Shown here piece by piece: positions 47,391 through 57,131 of a DNA stretch of 64,000 bases. Source of the DNA: Gammaproteobacteria bacterium (GTDB lineage: Bacteria; Pseudomonadota; Gammaproteobacteria; Pseudomonadales; Azotimanducaceae); assembly GCA_018666555.1 (NCBI GenBank), contig JABIZD010000017.1, positions 33,022 to 97,021 of the forward strand, read 5' to 3'. The notes under the pieces are model-generated. The model was not told the DNA's origin and made no database searches. It worked only from the letters and a program-made list of their open reading frames with translations. Made by a program: the position numbers and the translations under genes. How positions within the stretch are numbered: the first letter of the stretch is position 1; each line of letters starts with the position of its first letter.

Positions 47391-47726
47391 GGAAGCTTCC
47401 TTTTAGGCATTAGCCGGATGACTTGTATATCAATATACCCTAGACCGGTCTCGTTTTCTTGCCATTGTGTATCGGCTCCCAACTGGGTTTGCTAGCGCAT
47501 AGGCTAATGGACATGTCGACGAGTTATCATTCAGGCAAGCACCACGGACTGGTTTGAACAGAATTTGTTCTCGGCCGAATTTCAAAACTAGCAGGTCGGC
47601 AATGATGAACCGGTCACTCACCTGGGGTCGCTCTTTTCTCGGCGGTTTATCAGCTGCTGAATTCCTCGGTGAAATATCGTTCCAATCGAGCGAAATCCTC
47701 CTGGCGACCAATATGGCTGTCGGGCT

Positions 47727-48266
47727 CTACTTCGAGGTCTGCTTAACGCTCGTTCTCAGGTTGATCAGTCGTTTTTTTTCACCGTCAACTACGACTGGTT
47801 CATAACGAAGCCTGGCAAAAAAGGATTCCCAGGATCGAATATGATCACGACGTACAATAGGCGCTCCAGGTTCACCGCTGACATAGCGAAACGCCTTGAT
47901 TTCGCTCCTGCCCGTATCGGTCACTATAAAGTCAATCTCTGCCGTGAATTCCAGTACATTGTCTGATACTCGTGAACGTGGCACTTTTTTGGGTACACAA
48001 AACGTGTTCCTGCACAACGAAATCTCCAGTTCCTTTTCTTCAGGCCAGATCCGAACCGCACACTCGTTACCAATACAGGCAAGACAGAGCTTGGCAGCCC
48101 TGTCACGGATTTCTTTGGCTTTTTTAAGTCCTTCACTCGACAAGGTGGTCGTGACCGGACAGGAAAATCGTTCGATGTCCTCTGGAAATGCAGATACCTG
48201 CTCATCAGCTATGCTGCAGCCACACCACAGAGTTATCACGAATAACAGTATTACCGACTGTCTCAT
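47727..48266 (-). CDS. Hypothetical exported Cys-rich protein
   Basis: 179 aa. N-terminal signal-like MRQSVILLFVITLWCGCS and six further Cys in the first half. The C-terminal third loosely resembles a TonB-C-like fold (low confidence). No family recognised. Confidence 0.5.
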   Translation of the reverse strand: MRQSVILLFVITLWCGCSIADEQVSAFPEDIERFSCPVTTTLSSEGLKKAKEIRDRAAKLCLACIGNECAVRIWPEEKELEISLCRNTFCVPKKVPRSRVSDNVLEFTAEIDFIVTDTGRSEIKAFRYVSGEPGAPIVRRDHIRSWESFFARLRYEPVVVDGEKKRLINLRTSVKQTSK

Positions 48267-48707
48267 AGACTCCCCCTATAGATCGTTTGGTTAATAACAA
48301 ACTACGCGCATGAATCTGAAAATACAAGATGAGCAGCTGAAGATGGATGGCTAAGGTGCCTCAGGCAGAATCGCTTCGATCAGGCACCGGAAAAGTTCGG
48401 GACGCCCAATTGGCGACTCCGTTGATAGGCATGGTTTTGTCTGTGGGTGTAAATGCGTTACACAATGAATCCAGTTTTCTCTCAGCCCACAGCATCTTCC
48501 CACTGGCATGCAGATTCGATCGGTATATTTATTTCTATGGCCGCTTTTTGCATGGCGATGGCACCTTAATGCAAATCGGCTAGGCCAATGACAGCACACT
48601 TTATGTTTGATTCTTGTGCTGCCAAAGGAGTGTCTAATTGCAGTCGTTGGCATTTAAGACTTATAGGTAATAGGCTTAGCTGACTAGGGGCATATTGGAA
48701 GATTGCT

Positions 48708-49553
48708 ATGGAAAATAAGCGCGTACTGATTACCGGTGGCAACAGTGGCATCGGCAAGATCGCAGCAATAGAGTTAGCTAAAAAAGGGGCTAGTCTGGTG
48801 CTGGCATGCCGACCAGGAGATAAGACTGAAGTTGCCCTGGCAGAGATCAATGCCGTTGCGACTCAGGAGGCGATCAATCTACCGGTTGATCTTGCCTGCC
48901 TTGAATCTGTTCGTAATTTAGCCAGAGAATTTCTAGCACGATATGATGCCCTGGATGTTTTGATAAATAACGCTGGCGTGTTTCCTAGTCGCAAAAAGTT
49001 GACCGAAGATGGTTTTGAAATGCAGATTGGGGTGAATCATCTATCTCATTTTCTTCTCACTGAACTGTTAATCGATGTGTTGAAATCGACCGCATCTTCT
49101 CGTGTTGTTACGGTCTCTTCCATGCTGCATAAAAAAGGTGAGATGGATTTCGCCAGTTTCAGGGGTGAGAAAAAATATAGTAGCCAGAAAGCCTATGCGC
49201 AATCGAAGCTGGCAAATGTGCTGTTTTCCATGGAATTGGCCAAGCGCTTGGCGGATAATGACGTTACATCCAACTGTTTACACCCGGGTGGGGTGCGTAC
49301 GGATATCATGCGAGATCTGCCGTGGTTGGTGCGAAAACTGGTGGACCTGATGTTTGTAACGCCTGAGCAGGGCGCAAAAACGACTATAAAACTGGCCAGC
49401 GATAGTGACCTTGCGAATGTAACCGGTCAGTATTTTGACCAGACCGAGCTGGCTAATTGTTCGCAGTTGGCTAAGGATGATGAGCTAGGTGCCCAACTGT
49501 GGCGAGAGAGTGAACATATGATAGAACAGGTACTGGGCTCCTCTATCAGGTAG
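48708..49553 (+). CDS. Short-chain dehydrogenase/reductase (retinol dehydrogenase-like SDR)
   Basis: Cofactor motif VLITGGNSGIGK, NNAG, and catalytic YAQSK. 281 aa. Confidence 0.9.
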   Translation: MENKRVLITGGNSGIGKIAAIELAKKGASLVLACRPGDKTEVALAEINAVATQEAINLPVDLACLESVRNLAREFLARYDALDVLINNAGVFPSRKKLTEDGFEMQIGVNHLSHFLLTELLIDVLKSTASSRVVTVSSMLHKKGEMDFASFRGEKKYSSQKAYAQSKLANVLFSMELAKRLADNDVTSNCLHPGGVRTDIMRDLPWLVRKLVDLMFVTPEQGAKTTIKLASDSDLANVTGQYFDQTELANCSQLAKDDELGAQLWRESEHMIEQVLGSSIR

Positions 49554-49721
49554 GAAATTTTCGGCTCTTATCGATGGTTTGCTTCGCCATATCCGAGCCT
49601 TCAGCCAGTATGGGCAGGTAATTGGCAAGTCGACGTGGTGGCTATATTGATCATCCCTGGTGCAGGAGGTTAATACCTGAAGAGTTCTGTTTAGAGACCT
49701 TAGTCGTGTCTTGAAGTCGTT

Positions 49722-52178
49722 TTATAGAATGACCCCAGCCGCAATTAAAGCCTCTATTTCGTCGTTTTCCATGCCGAGAATCTCACTGAAGACCTCGTGG
49801 TTATGCTGACCCAGCAATGGCGCGGGTCCGTGTGGACCACCTTGGTAGCCGAGAATCTGAAATTGATTACCAGAGTAAGGGACCTGTCCCATAACAGCAT
49901 GTTCGTGATAATGATGAAAGCCGCGGTGAATATACTGGGGGTCTTTGAGTAGTTCTTCACTGCGCTGGACCATACCCGCTGGAACACCAGCGGAAGTCAG
50001 TAGTTCCATCACCGCTAAAGGGGTTTTCGTGCTTGTCCATTTGTTTAAATGGCAGTCGATCAGGTCATGGCATTCAATGCGGTTTTCAACCGCACCCAGA
50101 GAATTAACTTCTGTCCATTTTGGTTGACCCAGAATTAAACAGAGCTGGTCCCATTGGGCGTCCGTATCCACGGCGATGGCGCACCACTGGTTTTTGCCCT
50201 TGCATTTATAGATGCCTTGCGGTGCCGCATCCTGTTTTCGGTTGCCTATCCGCGAGGCAACCTGACCGTTGACCTGGGCATCGAGAATCTCTGGGGCTAA
50301 AAACTGTAATGCCATTTCAAACTGTGCTGCATCAATGTGCTGGCCTTGGCCGGTACGGCGACGATGATCGAGCGCAGCACAAATTGTTGTAGCGATAAAA
50401 TGAGGTGCAATGACGTCGGTATAGGCAAGCCAGGGTCCATGAGGCGGCCTATCTGGCCAACCCGTGACTTCATAAAATCCGGCCATCCCGGCGGCGTGAT
50501 AACCAAATCCTGCCAGGGAAGCCATGGGCCCGTTTTGTCCAAGCAGGCTAGTGCTGAGCATGATCAGGTCAGGATTGATTTTAGCGCAGGACGGGTAATC
50601 AATGCCGAGACGTTTGGTCGCGCCCGGTGCCCAGTTTTCGACCAAGACATCAGCCCATTCAACCAGTTTGCCGAGCATTTCCCGGGCTTTCGGTTCCTTC
50701 AATTGCAACTGGACGCATTTTTTCCCGGCATTGAATTCGCCATAGAAGTGAGATCTGTTCCAACCCTGGTCTCCCTTCACCGGGCCTAGGAATCGCAACG
50801 CATCGGGCCTTAGTTCAGATTCTACTTTTATGACAGTTGCACCGTGATCTGCCAGGTAGCGAACCGAGGCCGGTCCGGCAATGACCCAGGTTAGGTCGAG
50901 TACTTTGAGTCCTTTGAAGGGGGCATCTGAATCGACTGGCGGCGGCGGGGGCAGTCGCAGTCGAATGCCGTTAGCAACTTCGGTGCGGATTTCATGGTCG
51001 TGTTCGTTTAGCCGGGGCGGTGGGTAGCGAAACCTCATAGGAGCTTGGTTCATTTTGGCGAACAGGCCTGGCGCCAGTACTGGTTCTCCCTGGGGCAATA
51101 CCGTGTCATGCCATGCACCGCGCGCTTTAAGTTGGTTGAACTCAGTCAAGTCAGCAACAGTATTGATAGGTGCCAGGGTGACGCCGGCCTCAAAGCCGAG
51201 CGCGAAAAGCGCTTCCTTGGTATGCCTGAGAAAGTAGCGAGCAAACAGATCACGTATCTCCGCTGAGGTAAAACGCATCTCCTCTCCGGCAGCCATACGC
51301 GCATCAAAAGTTGCCCAGTCTTCCGTTAACCATTCAACGTCAACTAGATCATCTGCAGCAATATGACCCAGCAAGCCGTTTAACAGGCTGCCGATAGGAA
51401 TCGCTACCAGGTAGCCATCAGCGCACTCAAATACCGGGTCGATCGCTCGAGTACCCATTTGTACAGTCGATCCCATCTGTTCAAATTCAAAGCCCTGAAT
51501 AGCGTACGCGTGCATGGCATTCATCATTGTCCAGGTCACTGAGCACTGTGCAGACACGTCCACATATTGTCCTTTGCCGGTCACCAGCATGCGTGCATGC
51601 GCAATCATGGCAGCGGCCGCAGCCTGGGCACTGGCATGACGCCAGACCTGCGGGATTGAAACTCGAACAGGAGGCCGATCAGGGGATCCCTGCAAGCTGG
51701 CCTGGCCGCCCATAGCTGACAGGGTCAGGTCATTGGCAATTCGAGTCGCATTGGGTCCATCGGTTCCATACGGGGACACCACGACGTGTATAAGGGTGGG
51801 GTTTAACTTGGTAAGGGTCGTAAAATCGATACCCCGGGTTGCCAGCAGTCCATCAGGAAACGATTCCAGTAAAAAATCTGCGCCGCATACAAGTTCATCA
51901 AAGATCTGACGATCCTGTGCAAGATCGAGGTCCAGGACAATGGAGCGCTTGTTTCGGTTATAGGCAAAAAAATGCAGGCTGGCTTCTGGAGAGGTACCAT
52001 TTTTTATCAGCGGCGTCCGGTAGCGCGTCGAGGCTCCCAGGGGAGGTTCGATTTTGATCACATCTGCGCCCAGGTCTGCCAGAATCATGCCTGCCAGGTC
52101 ACCGCGGTGATCGGTTAAGTCTAATACTCGATAAGGATTGAGAATGGCACCGCTCCTGCTTGAACATAGTTGACCCAC
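49722..52178 (-). CDS. Two-domain (tandem CaiB) family III CoA-transferase
   Basis: 818 aa with a GTG start at 52178. Two N-terminal-type motifs: YRVLDLTDHRGDLAGMILADLGADVIKIEPP and LKVLDLTWVIAGPASVRYLADHGATVIKVE. The canonical YTDVIAP...ALDHRRRTGQGQHID motif is only in the second half. Confidence 0.85.
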   Translation of the reverse strand: MGQLCSSRSGAILNPYRVLDLTDHRGDLAGMILADLGADVIKIEPPLGASTRYRTPLIKNGTSPEASLHFFAYNRNKRSIVLDLDLAQDRQIFDELVCGADFLLESFPDGLLATRGIDFTTLTKLNPTLIHVVVSPYGTDGPNATRIANDLTLSAMGGQASLQGSPDRPPVRVSIPQVWRHASAQAAAAAMIAHARMLVTGKGQYVDVSAQCSVTWTMMNAMHAYAIQGFEFEQMGSTVQMGTRAIDPVFECADGYLVAIPIGSLLNGLLGHIAADDLVDVEWLTEDWATFDARMAAGEEMRFTSAEIRDLFARYFLRHTKEALFALGFEAGVTLAPINTVADLTEFNQLKARGAWHDTVLPQGEPVLAPGLFAKMNQAPMRFRYPPPRLNEHDHEIRTEVANGIRLRLPPPPPVDSDAPFKGLKVLDLTWVIAGPASVRYLADHGATVIKVESELRPDALRFLGPVKGDQGWNRSHFYGEFNAGKKCVQLQLKEPKAREMLGKLVEWADVLVENWAPGATKRLGIDYPSCAKINPDLIMLSTSLLGQNGPMASLAGFGYHAAGMAGFYEVTGWPDRPPHGPWLAYTDVIAPHFIATTICAALDHRRRTGQGQHIDAAQFEMALQFLAPEILDAQVNGQVASRIGNRKQDAAPQGIYKCKGKNQWCAIAVDTDAQWDQLCLILGQPKWTEVNSLGAVENRIECHDLIDCHLNKWTSTKTPLAVMELLTSAGVPAGMVQRSEELLKDPQYIHRGFHHYHEHAVMGQVPYSGNQFQILGYQGGPHGPAPLLGQHNHEVFSEILGMENDEIEALIAAGVIL

Positions 52179-52270
52179 GAACTATATCCTGAACCTGGCC
52201 CCAGGGGATATTCTTCTCGACCGGGTTGGCCAGGGTCGAATTTGTTATTTGCCTTTTGATAGAGGCAGCC

Positions 52271-53572
52271 CTATAGAAAATCTGGCGCCAACCATCGTGG
52301 TAGGAACAGAATCAGTTCAGGGAATACGATCACCAGAATGAGCAATATGAGCATCGGCACTAGTATGATGGAGACATCCCGAATGGCATCGATGACCGTA
52401 ATTTTGCCCAGATTGCAGGAGATGAGCAGGCATAGCCCGTAGGGCGGGGTTACCAGGCCGAATGCAAGCGAGATGACACCGATGATGGCAAAGTGAACGG
52501 GATGCATACCGACTTTGTCGGCAACGGGATAGAGTATCGTCCCCAGAATAATGATGGCTGGTATGGCATCGATGAACATGCCTAGCACTAGAAAGGAAAT
52601 AGCAATAATAAAGCCGGTGGTAATCAGCCCGCTTCCATAACTGGCCATGATGTCGACTAGTTCCTGGGGAATACGGTAGTAAGCCAGTAACCAGCCAAAG
52701 GCTGATGCAGTACCAATACAGAAAAGGGAAATAGCAGCCAGTCGTGCCGAATCATAGAGAACCTGCTGGAACTCTCTAAAGCCAATTTTCCGATAAACCA
52801 GTCCACCCAGCATGGCCGAATAGACAACTGCCACCACCGAGGCCTCTGTCGGTGTGAAAAACCCAAATACAATTCCGCCGACGATGATGGCAGGTGTAAC
52901 CAGGGCCAATACTGCCTGGCCCAGGGCCTGGGTAAATTCCCCAAGCGAGGCACGCTGGTAAATTGGGTAGTGGCGAATTTTTGCGTAGACCAGCACCGTT
53001 GCCATCATGAAGGCGGCCATCAGTAAACCTGGTACGACACCGGCCAGGAACAAGGCGCCGATCGATACCGACATCAGCCCACCCCAGACGACCATCAGAA
53101 TGCTGGGTGGAATGATGACACCCATAACAGAGGAACAGGCCGTGATCGCCACTGAAAAGCTTGAATCGTAACCCTGGTCTTTCATGGCAGGGATCATAAT
53201 AGAACCAATACCGGCAGCATCGGCGGTAGAAGAACCGGAAATCCCAGCGAACATCATGCTCACGGTGACATTAATATGTCCCAGGCCTCCTGGCAGGTGT
53301 CCGACTGAGGCACGAGCTAAATTAATGAGCCGTTCGGTGATGCCTGCCGCATTCATGAGATTAGCGGCGAGGAGGAAAAAGGGAACGGCTAATAGTATGA
53401 AGGCGTTGTAAGACTTCCACATCTCGTTGAGTAACATGTCTGGTCGCAGGCGGTCATCTATGAGAAACAGTGGAATACAGGCCAGGCCCAGGGCAAAGGA
53501 AACAGGGACTCGTAGAACAACCAGCACGCCGAATATGCTGAAAAGAATTAGCGATACTTCTGCCGGGCTCAC
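52271..53572 (-). CDS. dctM: TRAP transporter large permease (DctM family)
   Basis: 433-aa polytopic protein with DctM-like sequence throughout. Overlaps the dctQ stop by 4 nt. Confidence 0.9.
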   Translation of the reverse strand: MSPAEVSLILFSIFGVLVVLRVPVSFALGLACIPLFLIDDRLRPDMLLNEMWKSYNAFILLAVPFFLLAANLMNAAGITERLINLARASVGHLPGGLGHINVTVSMMFAGISGSSTADAAGIGSIMIPAMKDQGYDSSFSVAITACSSVMGVIIPPSILMVVWGGLMSVSIGALFLAGVVPGLLMAAFMMATVLVYAKIRHYPIYQRASLGEFTQALGQAVLALVTPAIIVGGIVFGFFTPTEASVVAVVYSAMLGGLVYRKIGFREFQQVLYDSARLAAISLFCIGTASAFGWLLAYYRIPQELVDIMASYGSGLITTGFIIAISFLVLGMFIDAIPAIIILGTILYPVADKVGMHPVHFAIIGVISLAFGLVTPPYGLCLLISCNLGKITVIDAIRDVSIILVPMLILLILVIVFPELILFLPRWLAPDFL

Positions 53573-54081
53573 TGGTTCTGCCCCGAATGTTTGATTCTTA
53601 TCAATTGAATATCTGCGACGATTTTTTCCCCTACAAACAGCAGCCAGGTGAGGCCGGCAAGCGGGAAGGCAAGGTAAATGGTAGCCATGTTGATGCCACT
53701 CATCTCAGAGTTCTGAATCCATCCGAATTGAACAAACTTGATTCCATAACCCAGGAAAAAAATCGCCATAATAGCGATGCTCATATGCACAATCAGATTC
53801 CTAATGGCCTCTCCTGTCTTCGTCCTGGAGCGGGCAAAAAGGTCAACGTCAAAGTGGCTGTCATCCCTGACCGCAATCATTGCACCGATCATGATGATCC
53901 AGACGAAGCAGAAACGGGCGACCTCTTCGGTCCAGATATACCTGGGAATAACGCCGGTATAGCGTGACAGGATTTGCAGACTCACAGGGATAATGATGAT
54001 GCCCATGAGCACGGTCAGGATAACTTTCAGGGCTTGGTAATAGCCATCCAGAAAGGCTTTCATGGCAGAACGCCGCAGCAC
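53569..54081 (-). CDS. dctQ: TRAP transporter small permease (DctQ family)
   Basis: 170 aa with four hydrophobic spans, positioned between the DctP and DctM genes. Confidence 0.85.
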   Translation of the reverse strand: MLRRSAMKAFLDGYYQALKVILTVLMGIIIIPVSLQILSRYTGVIPRYIWTEEVARFCFVWIIMIGAMIAVRDDSHFDVDLFARSRTKTGEAIRNLIVHMSIAIMAIFFLGYGIKFVQFGWIQNSEMSGINMATIYLAFPLAGLTWLLFVGEKIVADIQLIRIKHSGQNQ

Positions 54082-54093
54082 TGGCGCTGCTTG

Positions 54094-55095
54094 TTATCTG
54101 ATTGCTTCAATTCGTTTAAGAACCTGTTGCGCGCCTATCTCGCCGGCATAAGCTATTTTTACCGGTGAGGCTAATTGCTGGAGTTTGCGTCGTTCCATGA
54201 AAGCGTGGGTTGTTAATTTTCCTTCGGTCTGCATTTGGGCGAGCTTTATTGCATCCTCGGTTGATTCTATTTGTCGCCCATAAGCACCTGCTTCCTTGCC
54301 GGCTCTTATAATGGCAGTTTGCAGTTCGTCAGGTAAGCGGCGTAAGGTTTTGCCACTGAAACAGAGAGGCCGGACGGTGATAGCGTGCTGGGTGAGGGAG
54401 ATTTCCGGTCCGACTTCATAGAATTTCATCTGCTGGATGCCGGCCGCTTCGTTTTCTGCTGCATCGATAACGCCTGTTTGTATGGCGTTATAAACCTCAT
54501 TGTAGGCGATCACGGTGGGTGAAGTTGTAATGGCTTGGAAAATGCGAGTCTGGATTGGAGCACCCATGACTCGAATGCTGAGGCCATTTAATTCAGCCAG
54601 AGTCGTCACTGGTTTGTTAACGATTAAGTTGCGGATGCCACCCCCGGCAAAGCCGATTAGGTGAACATCCGCTTTAGCGGTTATTTCATCTGCAATAGGG
54701 TCCAGAGCATCGCTATCCAGAACAAGATTCCAGTGGTCAATGTCGCGGAATAAAAATGGCATGTCCATCAGCGGGGCCGCCCTGGAAAAGGTTGACATGT
54801 GAGAGGGTGAGACCACCGCAAAATCGACGGATAAACCTTGGCTCATATAAGCGAAGTAATCTTTTTCAAGCCCGAGTTCGCTGTTCATATAGATCTCGAA
54901 CTTAATCGGTTTGCCGTAATATGCCCTGACCAGCTCTTCAAATCGTTTCAGTGTGCGGCTGTAGGCGTGATTCTCATCAAATTGAGAGGCACCACGTAGC
55001 GTTATGGTTGGGTCCGGTCTGGAGCAGGATGTGGATAGCAGCAGAGTTAGACAGCAGCCGAGGCTGAACAGTGAGCGAATAAAAGCTCGTTTCAA
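54094..55095 (-). CDS. dctP: TRAP transporter substrate-binding protein (DctP family)
   Basis: 333 aa. TTG start follows GGAGAC. Signal/lipoprotein-like leader MKRAFIRSLFSLGCCLTLLLSTSCS and a DctP-like body. Confidence 0.85.
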   Translation of the reverse strand: MKRAFIRSLFSLGCCLTLLLSTSCSRPDPTITLRGASQFDENHAYSRTLKRFEELVRAYYGKPIKFEIYMNSELGLEKDYFAYMSQGLSVDFAVVSPSHMSTFSRAAPLMDMPFLFRDIDHWNLVLDSDALDPIADEITAKADVHLIGFAGGGIRNLIVNKPVTTLAELNGLSIRVMGAPIQTRIFQAITTSPTVIAYNEVYNAIQTGVIDAAENEAAGIQQMKFYEVGPEISLTQHAITVRPLCFSGKTLRRLPDELQTAIIRAGKEAGAYGRQIESTEDAIKLAQMQTEGKLTTHAFMERRKLQQLASPVKIAYAGEIGAQQVLKRIEAIR

Positions 55096-55282
55096 ATTGT
55101 AGTCTCCAAGTGAATGAAAGTTTACGACTTAATGCTTCTGATCAATCAGAGTATCACTTCGCCTTGGGTTTTTCCTCTTGGGCGTGGTCAGATGAAAGTG
55201 CGGCCTACTCTCCTGCACAGATAATCCGCCGGCTTAAGATAGCGGAGTACTCATTTGACTCGTCACCTGCGGCAGAGTATTT

Positions 55283-55302
55283 TATTGACCTTTTTGTCAA
55301 TA
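55283..55302. promoter_or_regulatory. Inverted repeat TATTGAC-N6-GTCAATA, candidate TetR operator
   Basis: Read directly. 7-bp arms, ending 7 nt before the ACAD start region, in the divergent dctP/ACAD intergenic region. The downstream operon encodes a TetR regulator (56512). Confidence 0.4.
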
Positions 55303-55309
55303 GTGTTTG

Positions 55310-56515
55310 ATGAGTATGATCGACAATGAAACCTTTCGGCTTGAGACAAGGGCCTGGCTTGAACAGAACTGTCCTGAGTCAATGCGGACTCGCATGGTTG
55401 CCGGTGAAGATGTTACGGGCGGCAGAAAACGAAAAAGTACCAATCCAGATGCTTACCTGTGGTTACAGCGCATGGCCGAGAAAGGATGGACTGCACCAAC
55501 CTGGCCAGAGGAATACGGCGGTGGCGGACTGGGTAAAGATGATTTTCTGATTCTGCTGGATGAGCTGCAGCGGATCCAGGCACGACCGCCATTGCTGGGG
55601 ATGGGGATCAGCATGATAGGTCCAACCTTACTTGAATATGGCAGCGAAGAGCAGAAACTAAGACACCTACCCGCGATTGTTAGAGGCGATGTTGCCTGGT
55701 GTCAGGGTTATAGTGAACCCGGTGCCGGTTCTGACCTTGCCAGTTTACGGACCAGGGCAGAAGACAAGGGTGACTATTATGAGGTTAGCGGTTCAAAAAT
55801 CTGGACGTCCGGCGCGCTGCATGCGGACTGGATCTTTTGCCTGGTACGAACTGACGCGCAGGCAGCCAAACATGAGGGTATCAGCTTCCTGTTATTTTCC
55901 ATGGATTCACCCGGAGTCAGCGTCAAACCCATTGAAATGCTAAATGGCCAGTCGCCCTTTTGTCAGACTTTTTTCGATGCTGTCGAAGTACCCAAGACAG
56001 ATAGGCTCCACAAGGAGAACCAGGGCTGGAGCGTTGCCAAGCGATTGCTCCAGCACGAACGATCTGGACTGGCGTCATTGGCTAGCGCCGATCAGGCGGG
56101 TCCACTACAGCGGATTAAGCCGTCTATTCCGCTCGCGCAGTTGGCAATGCACTATGCCAATAGTCGTCAGATAAACGATCTGGTTCTGCGCGATGAAATC
56201 ATTGGCAACGACATGCGCAAGCAGGCGTTCACATTGACCCAGGCGCGGGCCGTTGCTGAATCCGAAGCCAATACCCCCGGCGCGACCACCTCGATCTTTA
56301 ATTACATCGAGGCGGAATATGTCAAAGAACAGTTGGAATTACAGAATCGCATCAGGGGAACTCAGGCATTTGGCTGGGAGGGAGATTCATTTACTGATGA
56401 GGAGATCAGTATGTGTCGATTGAACCTTGAGGCCAAGTCAATCTCTATCGCGGGTGGTTCCAGCGAGATTCAGCTCAATATTATTGCTAAGCGCGTTTTA
56501 GGATTGCCGGATTGA
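55310..56515 (+). CDS. Acyl-CoA dehydrogenase
   Basis: About 401 aa. Motifs WCQGYSEPGAGSD and SGSKIWTSGA, with the C-terminal AGGSSEIQLNIIAKRVLGL. The start is ambiguous among TTG 55307, ATG 55310 and ATG 55316. Confidence 0.85.
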   Translation: MSMIDNETFRLETRAWLEQNCPESMRTRMVAGEDVTGGRKRKSTNPDAYLWLQRMAEKGWTAPTWPEEYGGGGLGKDDFLILLDELQRIQARPPLLGMGISMIGPTLLEYGSEEQKLRHLPAIVRGDVAWCQGYSEPGAGSDLASLRTRAEDKGDYYEVSGSKIWTSGALHADWIFCLVRTDAQAAKHEGISFLLFSMDSPGVSVKPIEMLNGQSPFCQTFFDAVEVPKTDRLHKENQGWSVAKRLLQHERSGLASLASADQAGPLQRIKPSIPLAQLAMHYANSRQINDLVLRDEIIGNDMRKQAFTLTQARAVAESEANTPGATTSIFNYIEAEYVKEQLELQNRIRGTQAFGWEGDSFTDEEISMCRLNLEAKSISIAGGSSEIQLNIIAKRVLGLPD

Positions 56516-57129
56516 TGTTGGCTGAGCAAGCAGGTAGAAGGCGAAGGAGATTATCCCCAGACCAGCGTATTAAGGAAATACTTGATGCTGCGTATGCCCT
56601 GGTGCTGCAAGATGGTATGTCAACATTGACGATGGACAAGATAGCTCGTCAGGCGGATGCCAGTAAGGCTCTGTTATATAGCTATTTTACCAATATGACA
56701 GACTTGCTTCAGGCACTCTATGAAAGAGAGCATGATAAATTACAGGCGCTACACCTTGCCGCCCTGAATACGCCGCATGGCTTTGAAGAGATGGTCAAGC
56801 TCACAGCGAAAATAAATCGCGAGAATCAAAATGATCGACTATTGCTCCTTAAAAGACTAGAGGCTGATGTTAGCGTGAGAAAGGCAATGGCAAAGACGGA
56901 TCAGCAAGGCCGTTCTGATGTCGTTAAATTCCTCAGCAAGGAAATAACAGCCCACTTTGATGTTCCCAAGGACATCGCTGCTGATGCAGTTAGGCTGGCC
57001 CTTCGATTTCAGGAACAGGATCGGCTACATAGTGTTGATGATCACATAAAGCAGGATGAGATCTGGGGTGCCATGATGGTAGGGGCTATGCAGGAACTGG
57101 AAAAAAGATTTGGCAAGAACAGGAGGTAG
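56512..57129 (+). CDS. TetR family transcriptional regulator
   Basis: Helix-turn-helix ILDAAYALVLQDGMSTLTMDKIARQADASKALLYSYFTNMTDL. Overlaps the ACAD stop by 4 nt. Confidence 0.85.
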   Translation: MMLAEQAGRRRRRLSPDQRIKEILDAAYALVLQDGMSTLTMDKIARQADASKALLYSYFTNMTDLLQALYEREHDKLQALHLAALNTPHGFEEMVKLTAKINRENQNDRLLLLKRLEADVSVRKAMAKTDQQGRSDVVKFLSKEITAHFDVPKDIAADAVRLALRFQEQDRLHSVDDHIKQDEIWGAMMVGAMQELEKRFGKNRR

Positions 57130-57131
57130 AA

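Noticed and set aside
47430-47711. A 93-aa - strand ORF downstream of the Cys-rich protein gene.
   Set aside because: It has a TTG start and no ribosome-binding site that I could see. The composition is Arg-rich and no family is recognised. It is indistinguishable from a chance ORF.
48347-48653. Overlapping 78-aa (+) and 100-aa (-) ORFs in the 441-bp gap upstream of the SDR gene.
   Set aside because: The two ORFs are mutually exclusive, have no motifs, are Cys/Arg/His-rich and have no evident translation signals.
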